A stretch of DNA of 64,000 nt from Caecitellus pseudoparvulus (taxonomy: Eukaryota; Protista; Bigyra: Bicosoecida), in the NCBI GenBank assembly GCA_965644315.1, contig CBFFRQ010000079.1, positions 1 through 64,000 of the forward strand, read 5' to 3'. The position numbers were made by a program, and so were the translations under genes. Below the pieces are notes generated by a model that did not search any database, was not told the DNA's origin, and saw only the letters and a list, made by a program, of their open reading frames with translations. Positions 1 to 11,500 of this stretch are shown piece by piece; positions within the stretch are counted from its first letter, which is position 1; each line of letters starts with the position of its first letter.

Positions 1-543
1 GTCCCATTGAGTGGTTAGGAGGGGTTCGTTTTTGAGCTTGTCAGGAGGGCATGTTGGCGATAGTTGTATGTGATAATGTACTGAGTATAAAATAACGAAT
101 GCATACATTATTTTTGTCAGAGTGTGCTTGAAAGGTTGGGTCTGTGATGCAAACTGGATGCGGAATTTGCTTGCCCACGTTTGTAAAAGGAGGCTGCTGT
201 CTTATGTTCCAGTCTACTTGCGCGTATTCGTACACTTTCGTGATCCAATGCAAATTTTTATGAAGTGTGGGCCGAATTTCGAGGAATCGGGCCGTTTTGG
301 TGATCACCCTCTTTCGATTCGGGTGAGTTGTCTGTCGATTACGAACAGAGGGCCTGCGTCGTCATCGAGGTGCTCACAAACCCGCATTCGACACCGGCGC
401 AACCAGCACTCCAGCCCCCATGTGTCTTTCACAGTGTCGAACTACCGATCAAACGATCAGCGTCCCAGGGTTGCAATTCACAATTTTCACCTCGAAGGCT
501 TGCACTTCCCGCAAGGCGAGTTTCGCGGAAATCGAAATGAGTC

Positions 544-2349
544 TTGGTTGAGACAGGCCGAACAAGGCACTGTGAGAAAAGACTCCCCGTATTGTCTTGC
601 ACAGATCATACAACCATGTCTGGCATGCAATTCCTGGTTTCCTTTTTACTGTTGCGCCGGCGGCAGCATGTCCGTAGGTTGCAAGCGCTCCAAGCACTTA
701 TTGCCACAGAAGCAGCACTGTTGCTGGCAGTGGTAGCAATGGCCGATGAAGATGGACACGAGCAGGCCGTGCCACTACCGTGCTTCGATGAAGACTGTGC
801 TCTGGAGGAGGGCGTGAGGGCCAGCGCACGTGGCCGCACCAATCCTCTTGCAGGTTTGGCATCCGGTGTGAGGACGTGGGTGGCACGGCAACATGGAGTG
901 CCTCTCGAAGAGCACGAGGTTTGCACAACCCCACATACGGTGTTGCAGTATACTATGAAGCAGTTGTGCTCTGTTGGTGTGAACACTATTTTAGCTCTAT
1001 CGGTGTGGTTCATGAAATCTTCTGCACCAAAACTCTGGTACAGGTGGGTCATGCATTCGATCCTACCCGTGGAAGTAGAGGCCCACGCTGTGGAGCTTGC
1101 AGGTGATGAACCTGCAGAGGAACCAGACTCACAAGAGCACAGGACCTGGCAGAGACAGCTTCGGCGCCACAGGGAAGACTGTCTGCACGAGCACTGCAGT
1201 CGCCTTGGGGCATGCGAGCGTCCCATGGTGCAGCAACAGCCATCAGTGGCAGACTGGTGGGGTGCTGTGGACTCATCATTCTGCGGCCAAGGATGCACTT
1301 TCAGTTGGCTGGAGGCTTGTTGCCTTGGAGTGCATTATATGTGCAAGGGTTTCAACATGAGAGCTGGACAAGAAGCGTTCACTGGGGCATCGAAGTCCAC
1401 ATGCAGTCGAATCCTAAAGGTTTTCTTGCGGTCTATCTCATCCAGCATGTTTGAACAGCAGGTGTACATGCCAGCACCAGATTCTGGGGAGTGGATGGAG
1501 AGTGTACGATTGAACTTTGCCCTGTCAGGCATGCAGCTGCCGTGCGTAGCAGGCAGCGTGGATGATACACATGTGCGTGCTTACATCAGTGAAGATAGTG
1601 GAAAGGGCGTATACATAAACAAGGATGGCGTGGCTTCGGTTAGTGCCCAGTGCATGGTAAGTGGCCACGGACTCTTCTGGCAAGCAGACATTGGGTATGC
1701 TGGTGCCGAAAGCGATCGGGGGAAGCTCATAAGGTCTCCCATGTTTGCGGCAATGGTCGGGAACCCAAGCTTACGTCCTTGTCCACTCCCATATACATTG
1801 GCAGCAGACTCGGGATTTCGTCCGGGGTACACATTCTTACTTCTTCCGTTCGACCAGCGGGACACTGATGTGGTGCAGCCGAATCATTTGGTGACAATTT
1901 TCCACGATGCACTTTTGCACATTCGAGTTAAGGTAGAATGTGCATTTGGAGAGCTCAAGAACAGGTTCCGCATCTTGAACAACACTGCGAATGGAAACCT
2001 TGGGCCAGCAGCAGTTGCACTGCGTCTACGTGTAGCTGTAGCACTGCATAACTTTGTACTGCGAGCTCTGCCATTGCGGGCATCTGTGTGGCATGCCCTT
2101 GATGTGACAGCGCCGGGGACTGTCTGGGGTGACCTGCTGGAAGAAGCAACGGCAAAGGTGGTAGAGGACTTGCTTGAGGCGCAGCCCCCTTCATGGAGTA
2201 TGCCGAGTGCCATGGGATGGAAGACGCAAGTGCTGGAGCTGGCGCTTGGCCAGCTTCCACCCACACCATCTTCAAGTATGCTGGGGTTCAGTATCGCTCC
2301 ATCATGGTGGGCACTGCCCAGTGGTGCCGCGAGAGAGTTGAAGAGCTAG
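544..2349 (+). CDS. PIF/Harbinger (DDE_Tnp_4, HARBI1-like) transposase; true start may be ATG 616 or 739
   Basis: Motifs LPCVAGSVDDTHV, YINKDG..S.SAQCMV, GAESD, LAADSGF, RVKVECAFGELKNRFRIL and VAVALHNF are characteristic of Harbinger transposases. Confidence 0.9.
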   Translation: MVETGRTRHCEKRLPVLSCTDHTTMSGMQFLVSFLLLRRRQHVRRLQALQALIATEAALLLAVVAMADEDGHEQAVPLPCFDEDCALEEGVRASARGRTNPLAGLASGVRTWVARQHGVPLEEHEVCTTPHTVLQYTMKQLCSVGVNTILALSVWFMKSSAPKLWYRWVMHSILPVEVEAHAVELAGDEPAEEPDSQEHRTWQRQLRRHREDCLHEHCSRLGACERPMVQQQPSVADWWGAVDSSFCGQGCTFSWLEACCLGVHYMCKGFNMRAGQEAFTGASKSTCSRILKVFLRSISSSMFEQQVYMPAPDSGEWMESVRLNFALSGMQLPCVAGSVDDTHVRAYISEDSGKGVYINKDGVASVSAQCMVSGHGLFWQADIGYAGAESDRGKLIRSPMFAAMVGNPSLRPCPLPYTLAADSGFRPGYTFLLLPFDQRDTDVVQPNHLVTIFHDALLHIRVKVECAFGELKNRFRILNNTANGNLGPAAVALRLRVAVALHNFVLRALPLRASVWHALDVTAPGTVWGDLLEEATAKVVEDLLEAQPPSWSMPSAMGWKTQVLELALGQLPPTPSSSMLGFSIAPSWWALPSGAARELKS

Positions 2350-2464
2350 CCCTTCTGCACCTGCAAGCACCTGAACAGCCTGGGGCTGCCGGCGAAGGTG
2401 ATGAAGGGAGTGACTGGGAAGGTGACTCTGTTGGCAGTCAATAATGCAGTGTGTTGTCTCATGT

Positions 2465-4327
2465 TCATGACTGCATGGGTTGCCCAGCAACACTACGCTT
2501 CTTCAGGGCTGTAACCATTTGAAGTCGGGCGCGTGCGACCTTCAGCTCCTTGTCTGCGTCTGACAGCGGGTGCGGTGGCATGCCACGCAAGGTTGGAGGC
2601 ACACTTCCGCTGTGCAGCTGCTCCAAAACAGTCTGAACCTGCTCTTGCATGCTAAGGTCACCGTCAATGATGCTTAGGTCCAACCACCCCTGCACTCTTG
2701 TAATTACACCTGATATCGCTGCATCTACCGCACGCTCACTATGTGCGGCAGCAGCACCTGGTGCAGGCACCGAAAGCGAAGGTGCGGGCTGCTGCACTTG
2801 CAAGGACTGCTGGAAAAACTGAAGAAGTGAGGCGTCCTGTTGTGCTTGTCGTTCCCGTGCTGCCTCTTCAGCAACCTGTCGTTTCTCCAGCGAATCTGCC
2901 AAACGGGCAACGATGTCACGCATGCCTGCGGCTGGTGGTGACGTGCCAGACCCCAGGCGACCTCCATCCAGGGCTCCAGTTGCTTTTGCAACAGCAGCAA
3001 CACGGCTTCCCGTGCTCGTTCCACTCCCCGCACCTGATAGGTACTCTCCGCCCTGTCGCGGACTTTCAGTGGGCAACGCAGCGGGCCTGCCACTCGCCAA
3101 CAGCGAGGCTACTGTGTGTGATCCTTCAGATCTAGCCTCTGCAAATATCCCGTTGGTGATGTTGCGAGGCACTGAAGACATCGTTGCCTTTGGCCTGGCT
3201 TTGCCTTGGCACACGCTTGCATAATTCATCAGCTCGCCCGGAAGCAGTCCACCGTTCAGGGGTGGATAGCGCAAGTCATCAGTTGGTCCCACAGGCAACC
3301 ACATTTCCTTGTTCGTTACGCTACACCGCAGGCGCTGGAAGCGCAAGCGCGCAGCGGCGCTTGCGTTTCGTGCCCTGCTCCACCCCACCTTCGTGATGTC
3401 CCAACGTGTGTACTTCTTTCCATTTAAATCAAGAGAGGGAGCACCAGGGTGGCTAGGGGCTGTGGGTTCGCTTGCCCCCCCGCTTCCCGTCCTTCTGCCC
3501 TCAGACCCGTTGATGATGTCAACCTGTTTCTTCAACGTTTCGAGGCTGGCCCAAGTACCTGAAGCTGGAACCAGAGCCTCACGAAGGAGGCTTGAAACCA
3601 GGACCAAGCCTGACCACGACAGGAAGGCTTCTTGGGAATCACTACCTGGTGTTGAAACCAACACCATGTACTTTGAGTCGTCTCGCTCCGGCCATGGCCT
3701 TCCTAGCATGTTCGTGTCATGCTCCTCGAAGGCAGTGAGCAGCAACGGCAAGAATTTGTGAGCTAGGCTCTTGCCCACAATGCCACTTCGCATCTTGTTG
3801 CTCCCTTGTGTGGCAAAAGTCCGGAACAGGCTTCTGTCAGAGCCTTCCGGGCATGGCTCACCCGACGAGACAACACGACCCCCAAGAGATGAGTAGTCAA
3901 TGGTACCCTCACGAACACCCAGACGAACGATAGCTCCAGACATTCTCCATGCACTTGCTTTGTTTCCAAAGGCAGCCCAGGTCGACGACGGCATCAAGGT
4001 GGCGAACTCCTTCTTGTCAGGGTGCGTCTGCACCCCATTCTTGGACGGTGTTTGCAACAGAGCTCGATCAGTAGAGGCCCACGGAATTGGGCTCGCTGAG
4101 TCGAGACGCATCAACGCACGGGCAGGGGAAGTGGCAGCTGGTGTCGCGCCGACGGCACCAGCAGCACTCCGTGGTGGGGAAGGGCTGCCAGCTGTCCAGG
4201 ACACACCACCACTCTCCAAGTCAGGACTTGAACTGTCACTCTTGCCCTCATCACCACTCATGTCAACGACCTCGTCTGCGGGCAGAGTCAGGAAGGCGTG
4301 TTTGCGAGAAGCGTTTCGGAGTTTCAC
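2465..4327 (-). CDS. Harbinger ORF2 (putative DNA-binding accessory protein); may extend to ATG 4685 across a frameshift or intron
   Basis: 620-aa ORF convergent with the transposase and inside the TIRs. W..LETLKK...RRTGSG is loosely like the end of a Myb/SANT-type ORF2 domain; C-terminal coiled-coil. Confidence 0.6.
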   Translation of the reverse strand: MKLRNASRKHAFLTLPADEVVDMSGDEGKSDSSSPDLESGGVSWTAGSPSPPRSAAGAVGATPAATSPARALMRLDSASPIPWASTDRALLQTPSKNGVQTHPDKKEFATLMPSSTWAAFGNKASAWRMSGAIVRLGVREGTIDYSSLGGRVVSSGEPCPEGSDRSLFRTFATQGSNKMRSGIVGKSLAHKFLPLLLTAFEEHDTNMLGRPWPERDDSKYMVLVSTPGSDSQEAFLSWSGLVLVSSLLREALVPASGTWASLETLKKQVDIINGSEGRRTGSGGASEPTAPSHPGAPSLDLNGKKYTRWDITKVGWSRARNASAAARLRFQRLRCSVTNKEMWLPVGPTDDLRYPPLNGGLLPGELMNYASVCQGKARPKATMSSVPRNITNGIFAEARSEGSHTVASLLASGRPAALPTESPRQGGEYLSGAGSGTSTGSRVAAVAKATGALDGGRLGSGTSPPAAGMRDIVARLADSLEKRQVAEEAARERQAQQDASLLQFFQQSLQVQQPAPSLSVPAPGAAAAHSERAVDAAISGVITRVQGWLDLSIIDGDLSMQEQVQTVLEQLHSGSVPPTLRGMPPHPLSDADKELKVARARLQMVTALKKRSVAGQPMQS

Positions 4328-5004
4328 ACAGCGGAAATGAAAACGAACCGAAAGCTTCCAGTTGTTCCTTAGCGTTTGTCTTCATCCTCCTGGCAATGCT
4401 TGCTGTAAGGGCAGCAATCCGGACTGGTCTGGTAGGCGTTGCGATGGCGGGTGATTCTTGCGCAGCGAGTTCGCTTCCTGGAGGCGTTGCAGGCAGCTCA
4501 AACACCCGTCCTGCTGCCCCGAGCCTCGCGCCCGTCCGCAGTCGGGAAGTCGGTGCGTTACCTTGAAGGAACTGTCGGACCAGTGCATGTGTGTCCGCTT
4601 GCGAGCCTTCAACTGCGGTTCTTTTGCCACTCGTCGGCGCATCTGCCTGAACGCGTGCATTCCGGGGGCGCTTGCGGCCAGACATGGCAGCAAATCATTC
4701 CAAGAGTATGCTCACAACTTACTGTGAATAGTTTAAAAGTAGAGTTTGATATCCATATCTGCACTGCTCGCCATGGTACACAAACCACTGCCAGCAAGTG
4801 GCAAATTCCGCATGCTAATAGGCTCGATAAACAACGCTCTGTTGCACACGACAGAGCGGCCGTTCAAGTCTAACATCCTCTGTTAGTGTCAAGGTGACAA
4901 AACATGCTGCCTGCAGCACTTTTCCGTGAACTTCAAAAAATGCATTCTCGTTTCACAGATTTTCTCGATTCAGAGGCCTCCGCTGGCCTCAATGAGACAC
5001 GGCC

Positions 5005-5370
5005 CTGGCCGATGCGCCATCCTGGTCAGAGCAAGCTCAGCAGGCGGCCGCTGCAGCGGAAGCAGGCGCCTTGGCGTCGGAGGTCATGGAGGGTGTGCAG
5101 GGTGCCATGGGCGCAGATGTGTTCCTGACGGTGTACAACGGCGAGCGGCGGGCCAGGGCGGCGGCGAAGGAGCGGCGAGCGAAGCAGGTGGCCCAGGAGG
5201 CGGTGGTGAACCCGGCAGCAGCTGCAGGGTGTCGAAGTCGGAAGGTGCAGGCGAAGAAGCGCCACGTGGCGAAGCGCATGGGCAAGGTGAAGGTGCTGCG
5301 GAGGCGGTGGTGGGAAGGGCAGGAAGCGGGTGTGGGAGGCGTTGGTGCGGTGCGGAGGGGAGTGCAGTGA
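5005..5370 (+). pseudogene. UTP20: UTP20 C-terminal fragment interrupted by the Harbinger element
   Basis: LASEVMEGVQGAMGADVFLTVYNGERRARAAAKERRAKQVAQEAVVNPAAAA...KKRH resembles the conserved UTP20 C-terminus. Confidence 0.65.
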
Positions 5371-5542
5371 AGGTGAGGGGAGGGAGGGGTGCGTGGGAAT
5401 GGTGATGAGGTGTGATGCGGTGTGGTGTGTGCGGTGGATTGTGGTGCGGTATGGGCAGAGGTGGAGGTGGGGCAGGTGTGCTGGTCTGAGGTGCGTGTCA
5501 GGTTTGTCACATGGTGCATTGGTCTGTGCTTGAAGCTTGGGA

Positions 5543-8500
5543 TCAAATCAAGTCTTTCAGGCTCGAAAACTTAGCTGCTTGTTGCCGCACAGTGTCTGGG
5601 ACTCTGCGAACGTCAGTCAGGCCCAGCAGCTCACGCACGATGTCTGTGTGGTCCATGGCGCATGCCCCTCGGAAGCCAGCCTCAGGCCCATCCCCATCCG
5701 CTGCGTGCACATCCACCTCCCGCGCCCCAGTCAGGCCCAGCAGCTCACGCACGATGTCTGTGTGGCCATTGTCGCATGCCCATCGGAAGCCAGCCTCAGG
5801 TCCACCCCAAGCCGCCGCGTGCACATCCACCTCCCGCGCCCCAGTCAGGCCCAGCAGCTCACGCACGATGTCTGTGTGGCCATAGCGGCATGCCTTTCGG
5901 AAGCCAGCCTCAGGCCCACCCCCATCCGCTGCGTGCACATCCACCTCCCGCGCCCCAGTCAGGCCCAGCAGCTCACGCACGATGTCTGTGTGGCCATAGC
6001 CGCATGCCCATCGGAAGCCAGCCTCAGGTCCACCCCCATCCGCCGCGTGCACATCCACTGCCCGTGCCCCAGTCAGACCCAGCAGCTCACGCACGATGTC
6101 TGTGTGGCCAAAGGCGCATGCCACTCGGAAGGCGGCCTCAGGTCCAAACACATCCGCCGCATGCACATCCACCTCCCGCGCACCAGTCAGGCTCAGCAGC
6201 TCACGCACGATGTCTGTGTGGCCCCTGGTGCAGGCCCATCGGAAAGCGGCCTCAGGGCCCTGTTGGTGAAACCCAGGCAAGACCTCAACATTTCCTTCCG
6301 CATGTACATCCACTGCCTCATCCCCCGTCAATGACAGCAACTCGCGCACTCTCGCAAGCTCCTCCTCCTTGCACGCTTCCACAAACGCTGTGGTGTTCTC
6401 CTCGCTGAACTTCACTTGCTCGGCAGCAACCTCCGACTCTGTAGCCGGTACAGCCTCAGCTTGAGCTGCCTCAGCCTGACCTGCCGCGCCACCTGCCTGC
6501 TCACCATCAAGCACACTCCGCACAGCACTCTCCACACCTTCCAGACGACCCACTTCACCCCCACTTCCTTCACATGCCATCGCATATGCACCCATGCAGC
6601 AACCACTCCCTCCCCGCCCCAACACCTCCAACGCGCTCGTCAGTGCATGCTCATCACCTTCACCACTGCCCACGAAGCTCGACACAGCGCCCGATCCACC
6701 ACCCAACGCACCACCTGCCACACCAAGCACCTCACGCAGCACACCCGACACACTTCCACCCTCGCCATCACCGCTGCCGCCTTCAGAGCGACCTGTGTCA
6801 CACACACCGCCACATGCACCCAGCACCACCTCACACCCACCCCCATCCAGTGCGCCCACCAGATCACCCACACTGCCACTCCTCACACCCACCACCACAA
6901 AGCTCCCCACACCCACACCACTCAGACTCACTCCGCACGCCTCCGCCACAGCACACACACCCAACACCCTCACAGCCACGCGCTGCTTCACATCCAGCCC
7001 AACATCGCCCCACGCTTCATCCTCCAGGAACACCCTCAGCGGCCACCCCGCCTCACACTGCACCTGCACCGTCACCATGCTCCTCTGGCCGAGTGGCTCA
7101 TCAGCCCTGCCTGCTGTACTGCTGTGTGCCAGTGCTGCTCTGCGTGGTGTCTGTGCCATCCGCGGTAGTCCATGCGCGATGCGAGTCGCTTCGCCACGTT
7201 TCACAGCGCCAACACTCGTGGCAAGGGCTGTCACACCCGCCTCCACACTCGCTGCCCACTGCTCCACATCCCCAGCTCCACCCACATCCTCATCCACGAT
7301 CTCAACCCTCCCACTGTACACACTCACACCCTTGCCATTCATGCACTCCAAGCCGCTCGACAAGTCCAAGCCACACACAGCCTTCACCTTCCGACCACTC
7401 ATCACCGGCGCACACCCCAACAGCCCACGCAACTCCTCCACTGCACTCGCAGCACACTCCAAGTGCTTCGCGGCACTCTCACTCCTCAGATCGCCTGCCG
7501 CCTCGCCTCGCAGCCAACCAGCCTGCTGCCGCATGCCAGCCAGAGCCGCATCCATCGCTGCCTCGCCACTGGCATCATGTGTGACTGAGCCACCCTCACC
7601 AGCCACAGCCACCTCCCCCCCCTCGAAGCCTTGCCACCATCGCGTCAGGTCAGCCAGCGCACCCTCCACATTCACACCGCTCCGCACACTGCTCCAAGCA
7701 CCCACAATGGCGCCCCACAGAGCGTCCCCCTCCGGCACTGCATCGGCACTCACACCAGACACCGCTGTATGAAGCACATCCACCGCGCAGAAGCACCGGA
7801 ACGACAGGTACTGCAGCGCAGCACACACACCACCTCGCTCACGCTGCCCCGCCAACAGCCCAGCCTGCTCCAACAGCGCACTCCCCGCATCACGCAGTGC
7901 AGCCTCCAGCTCCACCAGGCTCATGGCCGATGGGGCGTCATCACCTGCAGCATGCACTTCGCCACGCCCAATGGCTGCCAGTCCGAGGTTGCCGGCACCC
8001 CAGCCGGCAACCATGTTTCCCGGCAGGAGGGGCGGCGGGCAGTCCCACGCTAGTGGCACAATTGTCCCCCGCCGCCCCAACGCAGAGTAGACGACGGCAG
8101 GACCGGGCATGACAAAACCAGTCATTAGCCGGCCTCGTCACTCTCTTTCCTTTTTTTTCGAGATGGCATCGGATGATCCAGCTTCCAGCGACACGGAGGG
8201 CGGAAGCTGGGAGGACATCCACGACAAAATGATGTCTGTCAACTCCGCCAAGCAAGCCAAGGCGCTCATAACGGAGCAGGAGTTCGAGTACTGGCTGAAG
8301 TGGGCGGATTCTGAGGATTTTGGTAAGATGGAGGCCGCTTGGCGCCTCCGGGAGGTGCCCGAGGGATTCCGGGCAGATCGCATGCGATCCCTCATTGCGG
8401 GCAGAGCTTTCCGCCTCCCCGCTGACGGTGCCCCTCATCGCGCAGGCGGCTCACCACGGGGGCACGGCACGAAGCGAACCCGTCCGCGCGGTGCGAGCAG

Positions 8501-11500
8501 TGGCACGCCCTACGGCCCGCACCTACCCCCGCGCCCGACCCAGCCGGACGCAGTCGCAGGCGACCTCCCGCAAGATCCCGCCACAGTGCTTACGTGGTTC
8601 CTGCAGAGGGGAGCGACGGTGCCGAGCGAGGACGTCGCCGTGCAGCTGCAGTTCTACGTGGGCTTGGCAACGGAGGAGACATCGCCGTACGCCCTCTCCG
8701 CTTGGCCTCCACGGCGCTTCGCCGCATGGTGCAGACTCAACGGTATTCCCCCCGACCTCACCCCCGACGACATCGTGATGCATTTGCAGCGGGTCCTGGA
8801 GGCCGCGCTGGCGGGCGACGACGACTTTGGCGACGACGATGCCGGCGCCCCGTTCTTTCCCGTTTTCCCGGGCACCACACCGGATGCCGCCCGGTTACAG
8901 CCCCGTGCGGCGGCCCCGGGTCACCCCCCGGCCTCCAAGAGGCACAGGGCGGCCTATAGCCCGCAGCCCCCCTCCCCCGTGGGGCGGCGGAGCCTCGCCG
9001 GCAGTCCACCCCGAAGGCGGGTCGGCTGTTTTCGGTCACATGGGGGAGAACAGCGGTCGGTCGTCGCCAGCCGACGAGGTACTGGTCACTGTAGGCGCGC
9101 TGCGGGTCATTGGGCCGACCGCACACCCCTCGTCGGCGGTGGCCCGGGACCGCCTGTCAGCCTTGGGGGCAGTTTTCGCTGCGGGGACCACAGACGCCTT
9201 GACCACGGTGGCTGTCGAGATGGCTGAGGCTGCTGCACGAGAGGTGCCCGCAGCAACGGGCCCAGTGCCGTCAGGTACGTTCCTGTCCCGCCAGCTCCCC
9301 CACTCGCCCCGCGTGCCCGCTCCCGGCGACCCGTCCTGGCTCACAGCCCCCGGCGATGAGGTAGCCCCGCCGTCCGCGTCGGTCATGATGGACGACGCTA
9401 TGGACGTAGTGACTGCTGTACGCCTGGTGCAAGGGAGGGTGGAAGTTACAGTTGACCCAACCCATCTAGTGGCAGTAACTGGGGCGGGTGCCCTGTCGGC
9501 ATGCCACATGCTGGGCAACCGTGGGGGCGCTTGGTGGCTTGCTGCGATGACCAGGGACTTGCTGACGGCGCCTTCCGACGACCTCCACCGCTCCCTCCGA
9601 GCGTTCTGGTGGAAGTGGGCGTCCGAGGTGCCCGCCCTGGCAGACCAGCGGGGCCTGTGCCGAGCCATGGCGTGCGCACTCCTGATCACAATCGCAGTGC
9701 GGGCCGTGGCGCAGACCGCCGCTGCGTTGCCCGAAGGCCAGCGCAGGCGATGGGCCCAGCTGACGTGGGCCTCCTGGGTGGCCACGTTCCGCACTAACGC
9801 CACCATTGTCATGATGGCGTCGGCGACGGGGCAAGCACTGGTGGCCAGCTCGCTGGCGCGCGAGGCATGGGCGGCCGGGGCCGCCGCCACACCGATGCCA
9901 GGTGCGGGGGGCGGCCCGGCGCAAACCCCCGCTCGTGGCCCTCCCGCGGGGCTGTACCGGCAGGACGACCCGAGCACATTCGTGTGGTGCCCCGGGTGCG
10001 TCGGATCCGACCGGCGGCGCCGGTCGCTGGCATCCTGCCCACGCCTGGCCCAGCATGTGGCCCACCTGCGCCGGACCCACACAGTCGGAGGTAAGCCCGC
10101 AGAACTTACCCAGGCGCAGGCAGTGGCCATGCTGGTGCGCCAGTGGGAGCGGAAGGTGGCATCCAAGGGACGTGACTTCCAGCGGCGCATGCAGCCCCGC
10201 GCTGTCACCACGGCCATGGTGGAGGCAGCTCTCAGCCTCTAGGAGGTGGGCCGGAGCGCGGTGGTGAGAGCGACCACGGGGTACCGGGCCGTGCCCGTGG
10301 AGTGGAGGGCTGCCGCCCCGCTCTCGACAGACCACCGCGCCATGGCCGTGCTCATCGAATCAATGGTCCAGCAGCTGCATGGGGACCGTTGTTGGACTCC
10401 ACCGGGGCTCTTCGAGGACATCTTGCGTGGGGGCTTGGACTGGGGCCCCCACCCCGTGGTCTCATACTGGGGTTGCCAGGAGGCCCACGCTGACGTGTGT
10501 CCCGCATGCGGCGAGACCACTTCCAGATTACGGCAGCTTGAGCGGTGCGCAGCCATGCGACTGCTCACCGTGGTCACGCTGCGCGGGTGGGACCCCGCTT
10601 GGCTGCTGTTCCGCCGCCCCCCGGCAGCGGCATCCCCGTCCTCGGCATACGTGCTGCAGCCGCACGACGAGCGGGCGGTGGCAGCGGCCTATGACGCCTT
10701 CGCGGCTGCGCGCGTGCTGCAGCCGGTCACCCCCCAGCAGCTGCAGCAGCACCGAAAGATGGGGGGCCAGCCGCTTCTGCCTTCGTTGTCACGACATGGG
10801 CCCCCCAGCCGGGCGTCAGCGACGAAGCTCTGCGACAGTGGGCTGCTGCGAACCCAGGCGAGGCGGTGCAGGCCGCCAGCTCTTCCCGCGCGCCCGCCCG
10901 CCCGAGCCGCCTGTTCCGGGCCAAGCAGCGGGTGGTGTACGATCTGGCAGCCGTCAACCAGGCCTCAGTGAGCCCCCCATTCCACTACCCCACGCTGGAG
11001 AGCTGGGCGCTGCGCCTCCCGCCGAACTCGGACTGTGTTGTCCTGGACGTGGAAGCAGGGTACACGGCCATCCCCATCGCTCCGTCGGGCGCCGGACTGT
11101 TCACCATGCTCGCCCAGGGCAGGCCAGCCTTCCGCATGCTTCGGATGGCCTTCGGGTACAGCCCGGCCGGGGCCATTTTCTGCTTTTTTTCTGGACTTCT
11201 GGGCGCCAAGATCGAAGCGGCGTTCCCAGCAGGGCATGTGGTTGTGTACGTAGACGACGTCGGGCTTGGGGGAGCTACGTTGGGGCCACGGCCATCGATC
11301 GTGCCCAAGATAACTCAACTGTTCGAGGACGTGGGCTTCCGGGTGTCGCGCAAGAAGACGCAAGGGCCACAGCGCGTCGTTCAGTACTTGGGGATGGTGG
11401 TCAGGTGTGCCCCGTGTGGGGTGTACCTTGAGTGTCCTCAAGCCAAACGAACTCAGCTGCGGTGGCAGCTGGCCGCGGTCCTTAATCGCCTCGGCGCTTG

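Larger units (their letters stand above)
1..5004. mobile_element. PIF/Harbinger DNA transposon (~5 kb, left TIR truncated by window edge)
   Basis: Right end CTCAATGAGACACGGCC (4988-5004; reverse complement GGCCGTGTCTCATTGAG) matches window start GTCCCATTGAG (1-11, one mismatch). It is followed by CTG (5005-5007, a CWG-type TSD candidate), after which sequence resumes as the UTP20 fragment seen uninterrupted at ~27130. Two convergent ORFs inside. Confidence 0.85.

Noticed and set aside
41-736. Small ORFs in the left subterminal region
   Set aside because: No motifs; they lie in the lower-GC transposon end region.
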